The notes: a model not told the origin generated them from the letters alone. 64,000 nucleotides of DNA from Eledone cirrhosa (GCA_964016885.1 OZ024753.1:36394001-36458000), one strand, 5' to 3'; positions 28,504 through 43,637 are shown, counted from the first letter of the stretch. Numbers and translations are program-made.

Positions 28504-29460
28504 ACAATTTTGTTTATTGAGATGACGGTGCCTTAGAAAGCCAACATGGCGAGGAAACATGAAAGGAAGGGCCCACAATATGAAGAAGTAAAATGTCATG
28601 AACTGCTTGAGGATCGCAGGGCACGGTCGTTACATAGAAGTGAGGTGTGCGGGATTTTAGCTAGAGACGATTGACTCTCGTACATAGAAAGCTAGCTCTA
28701 ACATTAAGGCCACATAGGCAGCCACCAAGGACGCAGATCTCCAATACTCGCGTTATTGAACCGTCTAATAGTTAGGATGCTAGATATAGGATCTTAATGT
28801 TGTCAGTTCGATTCCCGAACATGCTGCTGCGTTGTGTTCTTGAGCAAACTATTTTATTTTTCGTAGCTCCAGTACATTTAGCTGAGATGAGAGAATACCA
28901 GTAATAGCCGGGGAGTTAAACCTGCGATATCAAGGGAGAGTATGTACTATCAGTTGCTTAACGTCAAAGAAACCGAGCGTAAGCACATAATGAGCCTCAA
29001 GAGGCCAACGATGTTATGAAGAGAGCGTTCCATATATGCCAACTCTGTGTAAAAATAGTGTATGTCACTTGCAGACCAAAAAAGCAACCATGCTATATAG
29101 AAACATATGTATATACACATGTGTATGTACAGATGTGTACGTATGCATACATACATACATTGGGCATTTGAGTAAGGAAGGAGAGATGAGGGAAATAGTG
29201 ACTCGTGAAAAGTCCATGGATGGGCACATTGATTCGTAATGGATGTGGCAGACACATCTGAGAGGAAGACCAAAGCATAGAACAAAGGAAACATTATCAG
29301 CGTGCGCCTTGCTACAGTCTCTTAACTCCTAATGGAGTCTTAGGGGCGTCGTTTTTACTCACGACATGTCTTGGGTATTTCAAACCTGGTTCAGCTCATG
29401 ACTCTCTAAGAAGCCAGACTATTTCTTCCAGAGAGAGAGAGATAGAGAGAGAGATAGAGG

Positions 29461-29533
<73 letters not shown>

Positions 29534-29534
29534 A

Positions 29535-29682
29535 CGCTCAGTACTGGTACTTTTTATCGATCTCAAAACATCGAAGGCTAAAGCTGACATCGATAGAATT
29601 CGAACTGGAATCACAGCAAGCCGGAACGAACACCACAGAACATTCTATCCAAAGCCCTAACGACTCTGCCAATATGTCGCCT
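29535..29682 (-). mobile_element. Diverged SINE
   Basis: actggtactttttatcga...ctaacgactctgccaat. Confidence 0.7.
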
Positions 29683-29968
29683 TTTCTCTGGCGTTTAGTA
29701 AACCAAAATAACTGCTGCATGGTTGAAGTGGTTACAGCTGTACACAGCTGGTTGTGGTGGTGGTGGTGATGGTGGTGGTGGTAGTGGTGGTGGTGGTGGT
29801 GGTGGTGGTGGTGGTGGTGGTGGTGGTGGTGGTGGTGGAAGTGCTGGAGGTAGCGGCGGCTCTATGGGTAACAGAAGGGAAATGTGTACGACAGTAAAGG
29901 AGAAAAGAACCCGGATGTTTCCTATTTCCGGATAGCCTCAACACTTGGCTGGACACAGCTGGAAGGGA

Positions 29969-30013
<45 letters not shown>

Positions 30014-30016
<3 letters not shown>

Positions 30017-30204
30017 CAAAGGAAATGTGGTAAGGAACCATATGGACCATAACGCACCAGAGTACTCAATACTTAGGGTAGTGGAGTGGGAAATAGGAAA
30101 AAAGTATGACCCCGACGGCAGAGCTCAAGCCATTTCGACGGCTATTTCTGTCCAGAAATAGCCGTCGAAACGGCTTGAGCTGTGCCGTCGGGGTCATACT
30201 TTTT

Positions 30205-30209
<5 letters not shown>
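30014..30209. mobile_element. Family C copy with fold-back centred on gtcc
   Basis: cgacggctatttct gtcc agaaatagccgtcg hairpin centre, (TA)n flanks. Confidence 0.8.
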
Positions 30210-30272
<63 letters not shown>

Positions 30273-30287
30273 TATATATTATGTATG

Positions 30288-30359
<72 letters not shown>

Positions 30360-30374
30360 TATATATTATGTATG

Positions 30375-30473
<99 letters not shown>

Positions 30474-30486
30474 ATATACGTATGTC

Positions 30487-30524
<38 letters not shown>

Positions 30525-30526
<2 letters not shown>

Positions 30527-30646
30527 ACGAAGGAAATGTGGTAAGGAACCAGGTGGACCATAATGCACCAAAGTACTCAATACTTAGGGTAGTAGAGTGG
30601 GTAATAGCAACGAGTAGGACCTACGAGTAGGTCCTACTCGTTCCTA
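30525..30646 (-). mobile_element. Family C truncated copy with short fold-back
   Basis: Same terminus; ends in acgagtaggacctacgagtaggtcctactcgt. Confidence 0.75.
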
Positions 30647-30767
30647 TATATATATATATGTATGTATATATATATATATATATAAATATATATCCACTAT
30701 CCAGTGAATTTCCAACCGATAAGGTATGATTTTCATGGGTATGTCTCTATTTATAAAACAAACTTTG

Positions 30768-30832
30768 TATTTTATCTGATGAAAACGTACCAGTGTTGTT
30801 TTGGTTACCCTTGAAATATATATAATAAAATA
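30768..30832 (+). ncRNA. Type I hammerhead ribozyme (D-related)
   Basis: tattttat-CTGATGA-[aaacgtaccag...ttggttaccctt]-GAA-ATATATAT-A-ataaaata. Flanks extend stem I (ctatttataaaac / gttttataaatatag). Confidence 0.8.
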
Positions 30833-30935
30833 AATATGGTTTTATAAATATAGTTTCCATTTATTTAATATCATTGTATATAAATATATGTATATATATA
30901 TAGTAATAATAATAAAATTGAAGACTAAAATCCCA

Positions 30936-31082
<147 letters not shown>

Positions 31083-31366
31083 TCTGTGTATAAGTGTGTG
31101 TATTTGTACGTGTATATTTACACTATATATTCACTATATATATGATGTCCAAGAGAAAGGCAAAGCAGATTCAAAACTTGATAGGCTGACTATGAAGTAT
31201 TGATGCTAGAGCTGCGAAATCATACATGTATTAATTTCAACCGTTCGTATCAATAACTACATTGTTTCTTTCTAGGGACTATGTGCAAAAATAAACCTAA
31301 TTTGGTCAGTCCATGAGAGTATCTTGGTCAGCCTATCATCGTATATATATATAGCCGACCATCATC

Positions 31367-31443
<77 letters not shown>

Positions 31444-31564
31444 GGAGGTGAGTTTTATTGTAGTACAATAAAGCAATGCAGATATCGGATAAGAAGCACT
31501 CTACAATTTGTGGGACTGGAGTATGCATAATATAAGATCAAAAGATGGTTAAAGGAGTTCCATA

Positions 31565-31635
31565 TATTTTATTATGCGCATTTCAAAAACAAACATCATC
31601 AAGCAATAATATTTGTGTTTTCATCAGATAAAACA
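31565..31635 (-). ncRNA. Type I hammerhead ribozyme, inverted copy of 31751-31821
   Basis: Reverse complement of the + strand copy, in the left arm of the fold-back. Confidence 0.9.
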
Positions 31636-31750
31636 GGAGAACATGATATGAAGGCTAAAAAAACACTTGTGGATAGTGCAGTTTGTGGATATGTTGATTT
31701 AAAACTGCACTATCCACAAGTGTTTTTTTAGCCTTCATATCATGTTCTCC

Positions 31751-31821
31751 TGTTTTATCTGATGAAAACACAAATATTATTGCTTGATGATGTTTGTTTT
31801 TGAAATGCGCATAATAAAATA
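31751..31821 (+). ncRNA. Type I hammerhead ribozyme, apparently intact (family D)
   Basis: tgttttat-CTGATGA-[aaacacaaatattatt gctt gatgatgtttgttttt]-GAA-ATGCGCAT-A-ataaaata. Stem I 8 bp, long stem II with G-U pairs, palindromic stem III, AUA cleavage triplet. Confidence 0.9.
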
Positions 31822-31849
31822 TATGGAACTCCTTTAACCATCTTTTGAT

Positions 31850-32002
<153 letters not shown>

Positions 32003-32385
32003 AAATATATATAAATTCGTACACAAACACACACAAATACATACATGCACACATTCATACATACACACACACACACACACACACACTAATACATACACAC
32101 ATACACATATACATACATACATATTGGTCTAATTCTTCATCTATTATCACATGAACCTCGTGACCTTCAATGTGAGTACACTTTTGCCCTTTGTTGTCTA
32201 TTTATTCCTGAAGTGGATATATTTTCTGACAAGATGCCATGCCTACCACATAAAATGTTACTGACAAAAACTCTCATTGGATGCAAACAGATAAAACCCC
32301 AAAATAACAACATATAATAATATTATAGACGTTTAGAAAAACATATTCCCAAAACACTCTCTGTAGCTTTTCCAAATATATATAT

Positions 32386-32460
<75 letters not shown>

Positions 32461-32483
32461 TATATATATATATATATATATAT

Positions 32484-32536
<53 letters not shown>

Positions 32537-32541
32537 TGTGC

Positions 32542-32580
<39 letters not shown>

Positions 32581-32637
32581 TGTGCATATGTATATATATT
32601 TATATATACATATATATATAGATAGATAGATATATAC

Positions 32638-32695
<58 letters not shown>

Positions 32696-32880
32696 ATATA
32701 TATACATATATGTGCATATGAAAGAATAAAAGAAAGTTATTTCGCAAAACATACATAAATAAAAGAATAAAAACTCGGAATTAATTTAAATCGTTCTTAC
32801 CGCCAACCCACCCCAACCCAACATAATACAATGCTACAATACATTATAGGATATATAAAAATAAACACACACACACGTAC

Positions 32881-32911
<31 letters not shown>

Positions 32912-33826
32912 TACACACACTTCTACATGTAGGATAATAAAAGGACAACAATAATGCAGAAATAAAATTTAATAGAAAAATACGCCAAAAATTGGTAACA
33001 AAACCAATAGTATTATATTATCTCATAGAAGAAGAAGAAGAAGAAGAAGAAGAAGAAGAAGAAGGAGGAGGAGGAGGAGGAGGAGGAGAAGAAGAAGAAG
33101 AAGAAGAAGAAGAAGAAGAAGAAGAAGAAGAAGAAGAAGAAGAAGAAGCAGGAGGAGGAGAAGAAGAAGAAGAAGGAGGAGGAGGAGAAGAAGAAGGAGA
33201 AGAAGAAGTGGAAGCGGAAGAAGAAGAAGAAGAAGAAGAAAAGAAGGAGAAGAAGAAGAAGGAGAAGAAGGAGAAGAAGAAGAAGAAGAAGAAGAAGAAG
33301 AAGAAGAAGGAGAACAACAACAATAATAAATACAATAAGAATAATAACAGTAACACAGACACGATTCAACACCTCCAAAACAAATACACACATATATACA
33401 CACTGAGAGAGAGGGAGAGGGAGAGGGAGAGAGGAAGGGAGAGAAAGAGAGTGATAGAGAGAGAGAAAGAGAGAGAGAGAGAAGACAAACGAAGTGTCGA
33501 TATTTCTAATAAAAACAACACTTTCAAACAACAGCGATAATATATAGACTAATCATCTTTAACAATACCAACAACAGCGGTTTCACAGGTGCATATATTC
33601 CTCCATTGATACACATATACATACATATATACACATGCATACGTACATGCATAGATGCATACACACATATACATACATATATACACATGCATACGTACAT
33701 GCATAGATGCATATACACATATACATACATATATACACATGCATACGTACATACATACATATACACAAATACATACATATATACAGAAACATACATACAC
33801 ACATATATATATATATATATATACAT

Positions 33827-33972
33827 ATAGGAAAAAGTATCACCCCGACGGCAGAGCTCAAGCCGTTTCGACGGCTATTTCTAGAGTCTTTTTACCCACT
33901 CTACTACTCTAAGTATTGAGTACTCTGGTGCGTTATGGTCCATCTGGTTCCTTACCACAATTCCTTCGTTAT
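33827..33972. mobile_element. Family C copy with internal inversion
   Basis: The HHR half and the terminal segment are in opposite relative orientation compared with 4550-4678. Confidence 0.75.
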
Positions 33973-34023
33973 ATATATATATACATACATTCATACATAT
34001 ATACATACATTCATATATATATA

Positions 34024-34540
34024 TGGTGGCTGCCAACTCGTTTTCGAGTACGGCCACTACTTTATACCCATGTAAGAGAACCCCTACCGATGCGCTGAAT
34101 GAGTGTGACTTTTTAGTCCAGCCAGCGACTTGAAAACTCTGGTACAAACACTACACTTGTGACAATTATTGGCACATAGTGCTGGGGCCATGGTACCATG
34201 TGACGACAAGTGCAGAGAGATCCCCAGATATAAAGCAATGCCTGTGCCGTGAAGCTTTTATAGTGAGCAAAGGCACTGCACAAAGCCAGTCCCACTCTCT
34301 TAACCAAGATTATATTTACCAAAAAGAAGAACAAGTCAACATCATTGGATACCATCAGGGTTGCAGGTGTTATATCAGAGTTTTCCTTCTCCTAGAATTC
34401 TGCCTTGACAAAGGCTAAGGGGTCATCTCTCCCGGTGATTTTGGATGGCCATTGACTCTTAAGAGCTCCTTTGCCCTTTGACAGGTTTTGTTTTTAGTCC
34501 TGCAGGATGTCCGAAGTCACCCTCCTCACCAAGAAACGCA
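34024..34540 (-). mobile_element. Family F second copy
   Basis: Reverse complement of 4958-5410; the ORF-track translations are nearly identical. Confidence 0.75.
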
Positions 34541-34712
34541 TGCATATGTATATATATACATACATATATACATATGCATACGTATATGCACATATATACA
34601 TACATATATATATATACATACACACATTCTTACATACACATAAACATACATGTTCACAAATATAGATGCCTACATACATACACATTCATATATACATACA
34701 ATGATACATACA

Positions 34713-34811
<99 letters not shown>

Positions 34812-34854
34812 ACATATATATATATACATATAAACATATATATATATACATATA

Positions 34855-34897
<43 letters not shown>

Positions 34898-35204
34898 ACA
34901 TATATATATACATATATATACATATAAACATATATATATATACATACAAACATATATACATACATACTTACATATATACATACTTACATTTATACATACT
35001 TACTTACATTTATACATACTTACATATATACATTCACACACACATACACATACATATGCACATACATACACACGCACATACACATACATACCCACGTACA
35101 TAGTTATATACGCATACACACCAGTACTCATCAATCATCCGCCCCCAAACGACAGAAAACTCAAAATCAATATTGATAAAACAATCGATAGAGCTATATA
35201 CAAT

Positions 35205-35279
<75 letters not shown>

Positions 35280-35429
35280 ACACACACACACAGAGGCACA
35301 CGTGGGTGTGAATGTGCGGTCTCATAACTCCTGATAGATTTGTAAGGGCGCCATATTGACATACAGTGTTTCTTGGGTATTTTAAGCCTGGCGGAGTCCA
35401 CCCCTCCCCAGGCCTGAGTACAGCAGATT

Positions 35430-36043
35430 TCAGAGAAGGATAGAGAGAGAGAGAGAGATATATAGAGGAAGAATCGACCCAGTACGTGACTGGTACTTTT
35501 TTTTATCGACCTCGAAAGGATGAAAGGCAAAGTTGACCTCGGCGGGATTTGAACTCAGAATGGCAAGGGCCGTAACTCTATGCGTCAAAGCATGGCGGCC
35601 GATCCTCTACCAATACTGCCAATCAACCAAGAATGATGATTTGGACGAAGAAGAAGAAGAAGAAGAAGAAGAAGAAGAAGAAGAAGAAAAAGAAAAAGAA
35701 AAAGAAAAAGAAAAAGAAGAAGAAGAAGAAGAAGAAGAAAGTCAAATAAACAAAATGGAAGCCAGGAACCAGTGGAATAGAACATTGAAGCTGGATATGG
35801 TCAGTCTTAGTGAAGAGTGGGATATTGTTTTATAAGAAGGATAGAGAAGGATAGAGAGAGTGAGAGAGAGATATAGAGGAAGAATCGACCCCAGTACGTG
35901 ACTGGTACTTTTTTTTATCGACCTCGAAAGGATGAAAGGCAAAGTTGACCTCGGCGGGATTTGAACTCAGAATGGAGAGAACCGGAATGAACACCATAAA
36001 GCATTCTATCCGACGTTCTCACGACTCTGCCAATTCACCGCCT
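35430..36043 (-). mobile_element. Duplicated, chimeric SINE pair
   Basis: Direct repeat ~35432-35563 / ~35845-35974 enclosing a segment copied from 8366-8600. Confidence 0.85.
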
Positions 36044-36079
36044 ATATGTATGTATATATGTATGTACGTATGTATAAAG

Positions 36080-36350
36080 TGAAGGGTATTCGGCTCAAGA
36101 TCGTAAGGTCGTGAGTTCGATTCCCGGCAGCCTGGTGTCTCCTTGAACAAGACACTTTATTTCACGTGGCTTCAGTCAACTCAGCTGGCAATAATCAGTC
36201 GTACTTGTTATTCGAAGGGTCGATAATATCAGATTCTATGAGTTCTCCCTGAGAACTACGTAAATGGTACACGTGTCTGTGGAATGATCAGTCACTTGCA
36301 CGTTAATTTCACAGAGAGTCTGATCCGTTGACCATATCATCGTGAATACT
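36080..36350 (+). mobile_element. Second tRNA-derived SINE family
   Basis: gtgagttcgattcccggc B-box followed by ccttgaacaagacactttatttcacg. Related pieces at ~10330-10500, 10730-10780 and 28770-29020. Confidence 0.7.
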
Positions 36351-36444
36351 CGTGTCAGTTAATATGTTTTCCGACGAGGGAACAGAGTAAGATCACAGTG
36401 AAATAAAAAAAAGGTACATTATTTATTTTTCAGATAGAAATGAC

Positions 36445-36488
36445 GTCTACAGGACTACAACTGTTTCATCCTTTTGAAATCATCAGAA
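36445..36488 (-). ncRNA. Hammerhead core (family B)
   Basis: Minus strand: CTGATGA-tttcaaaaggat-GAA-ACAG ttgtagtc CTGT-A. Stem I is poorly preserved. Confidence 0.55.
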
Positions 36489-36771
36489 GACTTTTCCGGT
36501 GATTTCAAACGAAAGAAACATGTCTAGTCCTGTTGACATCATTTGACATCATTAGAAAAAAAAAATATGCATACATACAAACAAATATGCATGCATACAT
36601 ACATGCATAATACATACATACATGCATATATACATACATAATACATACATACATGTATACATACATAATACATAAATACATGTATACATACATAATACAT
36701 AAATACATGTATACATACATAATACATAAATACATGTATACGTACATATGTATGCATGTATTCAGACACAT

Positions 36772-36854
<83 letters not shown>

Positions 36855-37157
36855 CGAGAGAGAGAGAGAGAGAGAGTGAATGGGGGAGAGAAAGAGGGAG
36901 ACATTTAGTAGGGTTGGGCAGACGCTGATATCCAAACCACCAGCAACAACGGAAATAGTCGCTATCTCTGGTGATGGCAATAACATTAACAACAGCAACA
37001 ACGGAAGTAATAGCTGTTACTATAGCAACAACATATAAAGTAATAATGATAATAATTATTATTATATCATTGTTGATGTTGTTGATGATGATGATGATGT
37101 TTATGTGAAGACAATGATGATAATTAACAAGACGATGATGACAATGATGATGATGAC

Positions 37158-37206
<49 letters not shown>

Positions 37207-37488
37207 GTGAGGGTGATGGTGTTAGTGGTGACAATGTAAATGACAACTACTATCACCACCACCACCACCACCAAGATGACCACCACCGCCACCAACAGCA
37301 CCACCACCACCGCCACCAACAGCACCACCACCACCACCACCACCACCGCCACCAACAGCACCACCACCACCACCACCACCGCCACCACCGCCACCACCAC
37401 CACCACCGCCACCAGGACCGCCACCACCAGCACCAGCACCAGCACCACCACCAACAGCCAACCACCACTACCACCACCACCACCAGGC

Positions 37489-37623
37489 CCATGGAAGTGC
37501 AGCTAGTGGTGCACTACGCACACACCTTAAGAACAAGGAAGTGCAACCTGGGTGCAGTATGCACACACCCCAGGATCATGGAACTGCAGCTTGTGGTGCA
37601 GAATGCACACATCTAGGAACACG
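37489..37623. repeat. Three diverged ~44-bp tandem units
   Basis: catggaagtgcagc...gtggtgca...gcacaca repeated three times. Confidence 0.75.
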
Positions 37624-37639
37624 GTAAATGGTAGTAAAT

Positions 37640-37862
37640 AATACTTTCTAATTAAGGCACAAGGCCAGCAATGTTTTAGTAAAGACAGGAGCAACATCGA
37701 TTAAATTGACCCCTAGGTCTTGACAGGTACTTTATTTTATTGACCCCGGAAGGGTGAAAGGCAACGGTAACCTCGGAGAGATTTGAACTCAGAATGTAAA
37801 GATCCCGAACAAATACCAAGACATTTCATACGTTGCTCTACCGATTCTGCCAATTTACCTCC
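37640..37862 (-). mobile_element. SINE, longer subfamily
   Basis: ggcacaaggccagca...ggtactttattttattgaccccggaag...atttgaactcaga...ccgattctgccaat. Confidence 0.85.
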
Positions 37863-38644
37863 TTAAAAATAATGCTTTTTAACAGAAAAAGAAAAAAACA
37901 CATCGACTTTTGTAAAGAGACTTTCCAAGAAAAACAGGATAAAAAACAAACAAACAGCCAAACAGTTATAAGAATACAATTATGGACGCCATCTTTGACC
38001 TCTATGTTCTGTGTCAAAACGAACTCCGAAGCAATTGGCATACAATCAGACAGCACATACTGAAATTGTCAGCCTGGGGCTTTCTCAAACTGTTGGCATA
38101 GTGACGAAGCTAACTTAATATACGGTACAATACGAGAAACACCAGTCGGCGAACATTTTTTATTATTATTTTTTTTTATTTTTATTTTTTTTATTAAAAA
38201 CAAGAATTTACTTCAATCGAATCTTTTTGTTTCACCTTTTTCTTTCCTTTCCATTTTCATTTGGTCTGCTGACCGGATGTCTGGCTAGCTGGTAGGTAGA
38301 TTGGTCGGTGAATTTCATTGGTCCGTTTCGTTGGTTCGTTCCGTCCGTCTGTTTAATTATTATTCCAGTTTCTAGTTATCTCCCTCTACCATGTGTGTTG
38401 TTTCTTCCCGATCTCTCAACCCTAATATATAATGTCCGATATTTTGGTTGGCTGGATGGTTGGATTGTTGGTTCTGTGTCACTTTTGACAACATAAAGAA
38501 AGATGGAGGTAGAAATAGATAGATGGATAGATACTGGCGCTTCTGTTCGGATTTAGTTATCGAAACGGCCGGAGCTCAGCCGTCGGGTCCTGATTCTTTT
38601 CATATATATATATATATAGAGAGAGAGTGAGAGAGTGAGAGAGA

Positions 38645-38710
<66 letters not shown>

Positions 38711-39039
38711 AAAAGAAAGATAGAAAGATTTAACATATGGGTTGAAGGATGGGAATATATACCGAGTAAAGTGGGAGATATATAAGATGAGAAACGGGGA
38801 GGCGAACGAACGGTAATTGTCACAATTAATTGTACTTTGTTGAGGCAACAGCGAATGTTTATAGCGTTTACACAAATTGAAGTTTTCTTTACATTCTTCC
38901 TTCGTTCTTTGTGATCAATGGAATTTACATATAGGAAGACATTTACCTTGCTTGAGGAAGAGTTCTTCTCTGAAAAACCTTCTGCTGTCCTGCTATCCTG
39001 AGTTTCTTACCATTGCTTTCGTCAATACTATGTTATAAT

Positions 39040-39233
39040 TGTTTCTACTTTTGGCACAAGCAAGGCCAGCAATTATCCCAGTGTATTACTGGTACTTTAT
39101 TTTATCGACCCCGTAAGGATGAAAGACAAAGTTAACCTCGGCGGGATTTGAACTCAATCCCTAAAGGGACGTAACTGTACTGCAAAGCATGGCGTCCGAG
39201 CCTCTACCGATACTGGCAATCCACCGCCCCTCT
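39040..39233 (-). mobile_element. SINE with 15-bp TSD
   Basis: TSD atactatgttataat at 39025-39039 and 39234-39248. Confidence 0.95.
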
Positions 39234-39891
39234 ATACTATGTTATAATGTTTGTGCATCAGAAATATTAGGAATTATTCTAGCCAAATGCAGGCGCAGTG
39301 GAGTTAGGTATTCATTTACTTATATTTTATTTTTATTTATATATCTATATAATTATATATAATTAGCAACTAATAGCAAAAAATATATCATCAGCTGTGA
39401 CCATCTCCTACCTAGATAGCCGGAACGAACACCACGAAGCATTCTACTCAAAGTTCTAACGATTCTGCCAATTTGCCTCCCACCTCACCCCATCTACCCC
39501 TGATAGCATCGACTTAGGGGCCTCTAAATTACAGTACACCCTTGTATTAGTGACACCCTAGGCTGAATTCAACAGATAAATCCTAAGGAACTGTCCGTGA
39601 ATTGTACATCAACAGAATATGGCTGCAGGCCTATTGGGAGTAAGTTGATTGGAGGAAAATTGCTCTCGGTAACAAAGAAACGCCTGCGGATTCATTTGAA
39701 CTCTCGACCCCTCGGGGCTAAGAGTTCGCTACGTTATCAACTTTTGATATAAACAGATGCAAATATGGATGAGATGATAACACACACGAAGAAATTTGTA
39801 ACAATGAATATAATACACGGCTGCACATACACCTCTCTACAAACAAATATACACAAATATATATATATGTAAATATATATATATATATATT

Positions 39892-39922
<31 letters not shown>

Positions 39923-39981
39923 GTATGTATATATGTGTATGTATATATATATGTATATATATATATATGTATATATATATG

Positions 39982-40038
<57 letters not shown>

Positions 40039-40049
40039 GTATATATATG

Positions 40050-40122
<73 letters not shown>

Positions 40123-40135
40123 ATATATATATGTA

Positions 40136-40181
<46 letters not shown>

Positions 40182-40275
40182 CACACAAATATATATATAT
40201 GTAAATATATATAATATATACGTATACACATGCACATTGTTATTAATATATAATTATATGCATTTCTACATTTCG

Positions 40276-40363
<88 letters not shown>

Positions 40364-41007
40364 ATCATATCATAACACATATATATATTTATATATATAT
40401 ATACATATAGTATCATATCATAACATAAATATATCTATATATCTCTATATATATATACATACATATACATACATATATATATATATAAATGTATATATAT
40501 ATATACATACATATACATACATATATATATATAAATGTATATATATATATACATACATATACATACATATATATATAAATGTATATATATATATATATAT
40601 ACATTTATATATATGTATGTATATGTATGTATATATACATATATATACACACATATATATTATATATATATATATATATATATGTAATTCATTTAGGTTG
40701 TTAACTATCTAATTAAACTCGTCTACTATCTGAAGGTCATCATTCCAGTGTCCACCATTACTGGTCTTTGTATGTATGTGTAAGTGTATATGTATGTGTA
40801 TATGTGTATATGTATATGCGTATATGTGTATATGTATGAATGTTTCTCTATTTCTCTCCGTTTAACTCTCTCTCTCTCCCTCTCTCTCTTTCTTTCTATA
40901 TGTATGTGTGCGTGCATATGTGTATGTGCGTGCGTATGTGTGATGTGCATACGTGTGTGTATGTGCGTGTATGTATGCATTTGTGTATCTATCTATTTAA
41001 CCATCTC

Positions 41008-41049
<42 letters not shown>

Positions 41050-41249
41050 GATAAATCTACCAAGAGTTTACGGTAGTGTCCAATCCGTATGAAGAACTCA
41101 ATGTATTCCGGATATCATGGAAAGAAGAGATGTAATGAAAAATCACTTTCGGTGAAAGATAAACGGTATACAGAGTCAAGATAAAATATTAAACAAATAA
41201 TGAATAAAACAATGAAACAGTTCCTTATATTAAACAAAAAAAGTTCATT

Positions 41250-41308
41250 ATTTAACGATCGTTTCTAGGATATACATGTGTTAGAATTGGCATGCATATT
41301 CAACAGAT
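41250..41308 (-). ncRNA. Degenerate hammerhead (family J)
   Basis: Minus strand: CTGTTGA-atatgcatg...catgtatatccta-GAA-ACGATCGT-T. The same GAAACGATCGTA half occurs at ~53044 (+) and ~53468-53480 (-). Confidence 0.5.
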
Positions 41309-41458
41309 CTATGTACAAAATTATACAAAATTATACAAACTATCAAGATTAAATATACATACCAAACACACATATACGCCGTCTTCAGAAATATATATAT
41401 ATATATACATATCAATATATATTATATATATATATATATCAAGCAATTTCTGTAAGTA

Positions 41459-41514
<56 letters not shown>

Positions 41515-42279
41515 GCTTCTGTGACACCTTGGAGTTGAGCTTCGAAAATTTCTGACCATGACGTACAGACATTTATTTTACTGTTTAATTTAAAAATATT
41601 TTTGTATAAGTCCCAAAAGTATGCAAGTTACTCCTGACCACGCCACCGATGGTGTCCAAGGTAAACGCAAAGAAACGTCCAGAAATATCGTAGAGAAACC
41701 TAGAACTCAAGAACCGAAAAGAATACCCCAAAGCATTACCTCCGACTGCCTAATATTCCACCAATTCACTACCCTGGTACTTTGTTTTTATCAACTGCAG
41801 ATGAAATGCGAAACTGCTCTCCGTGGGATTTAAACTAAGAGCAGAAATAAGGAAAGACAGAGAGATAGAAAAGAAGAAATTATAGAAGAAAAGAAAAAAC
41901 AAATTGAAAGAAAACCAGAAGGAAAGAGAAGAAAAAGAAAGAAAAGGAAGAAAGATAGAATGAAAGAAACAACGAATGTTAGAATACAGAATATATATTT
42001 AAGATTTATAGTTGGAGGTAAAGTATGAGAGATACAGAGAAAGAGAAAAGATAGAGAGTGACAGAAAGAGGGAGAGAAAGACTGGGAGAAAGAATGAGAG
42101 AAAGAAGATTTTTATTGCTATTATTGTTTAACCACAGGTCAAGTCTCAGGATCAAAGACACTCCAGCCATTACCATCCAATCCGTTTTTTCCCCCCCGAG
42201 ACAACATTATCCATAATGTCTTTCTAAACACACACATACATATATACATGTATATATAGATATATGTATGTGTGTGTAT

Positions 42280-42317
<38 letters not shown>

Positions 42318-43193
42318 TAGAATTGGTGCTCTGAAATAGCGATATATTCACATATATATATATGCTTATTCACGTACAAATGCTAGTTAGGAACAGGTGA
42401 TAAAGTGGGAGAATCAGAAGAGACAAAGAAGAAGAAGAAGAAGAAGAAGAAGAAGAAGAAGAAGAAGAAGAAGAAGAAGAAGAAGAAAGAAGAAAGAAAA
42501 GAAGAAGAAGAAGAAGAAGAAGAAGAAGAAGAAGAAGAAGAAGAAGAAGAAGAAGAAGAAGAAGAAGGAAAGAAAGAGGTGAGTAATTGACACCGAAAGA
42601 TAGTGTCAACATTGGTGGCGCGTTCAATAAGCAATTTTTCCCCATTTACAGCTATACGCATTCAAGAATGTTTGCCTGGGGCCCTTTTAAAGTTAAGATG
42701 GATGTGGGTCAGCACCCTTCAGCTGTAAATATAAGAAACTACGTGGCGTGCTAAGAGAAAAATTGCCGCCGGCAGACTAAGTTCGATAGGAAAAGAGAGA
42801 AGAAGCTAGCTGGCAGCAGAATAGAATAATATAACGCAAGCATTCTCAATGAGTAACTCAGTTAATTGCGGAATTCACACAGGCAATAACTGTCTATCAA
42901 CAGAAACTAAGCAGACGCACAAACTGTCTCTAAATGTTTATAGCGATGTCGTTGTGGACGCCATTTGCATTTAGCTGACTGCCCGTCATTTTCATTATAT
43001 AAACATTTACCGATCGATCGATCGAAAATGCGTGTATATACGCATGTTTATACGTTGATTTTTTTTGTTTCTATTCTATTCGTTGTTGTTTTTGTTTTTA
43101 TATCTGTTTGCGTCTATAAATTACATATACGCTCATGAATACATATAAACATGCTTCAACACTCACATATACACGCATACAAACACATATATA

Positions 43194-43257
<64 letters not shown>

Positions 43258-43590
43258 TACGTACGTGTATAGATAGATATATAGATAAATAGATATATAG
43301 ATGTATTGGAGTGTACGTATGTAGGCGAATCCCTAAAGTTGTGCTAAAAGGTACACAAATGAAAATTCAGTGGGTATACGTATGAATAAATACACACAGA
43401 CATCCATACACATACGTGTGTGTGTGTGTGCTTGGGTATATTTGTGTTTTTGTATGTATATACTTATATACTTGCCTCTGTGTATGTGTGCGTGTGTATA
43501 TCTGAATATATATATATATATACAGACATACAAACACACACAGAGGCAAGTATATATATACAAACACACACACACACACATATATATATG

Positions 43591-43637
<47 letters not shown>

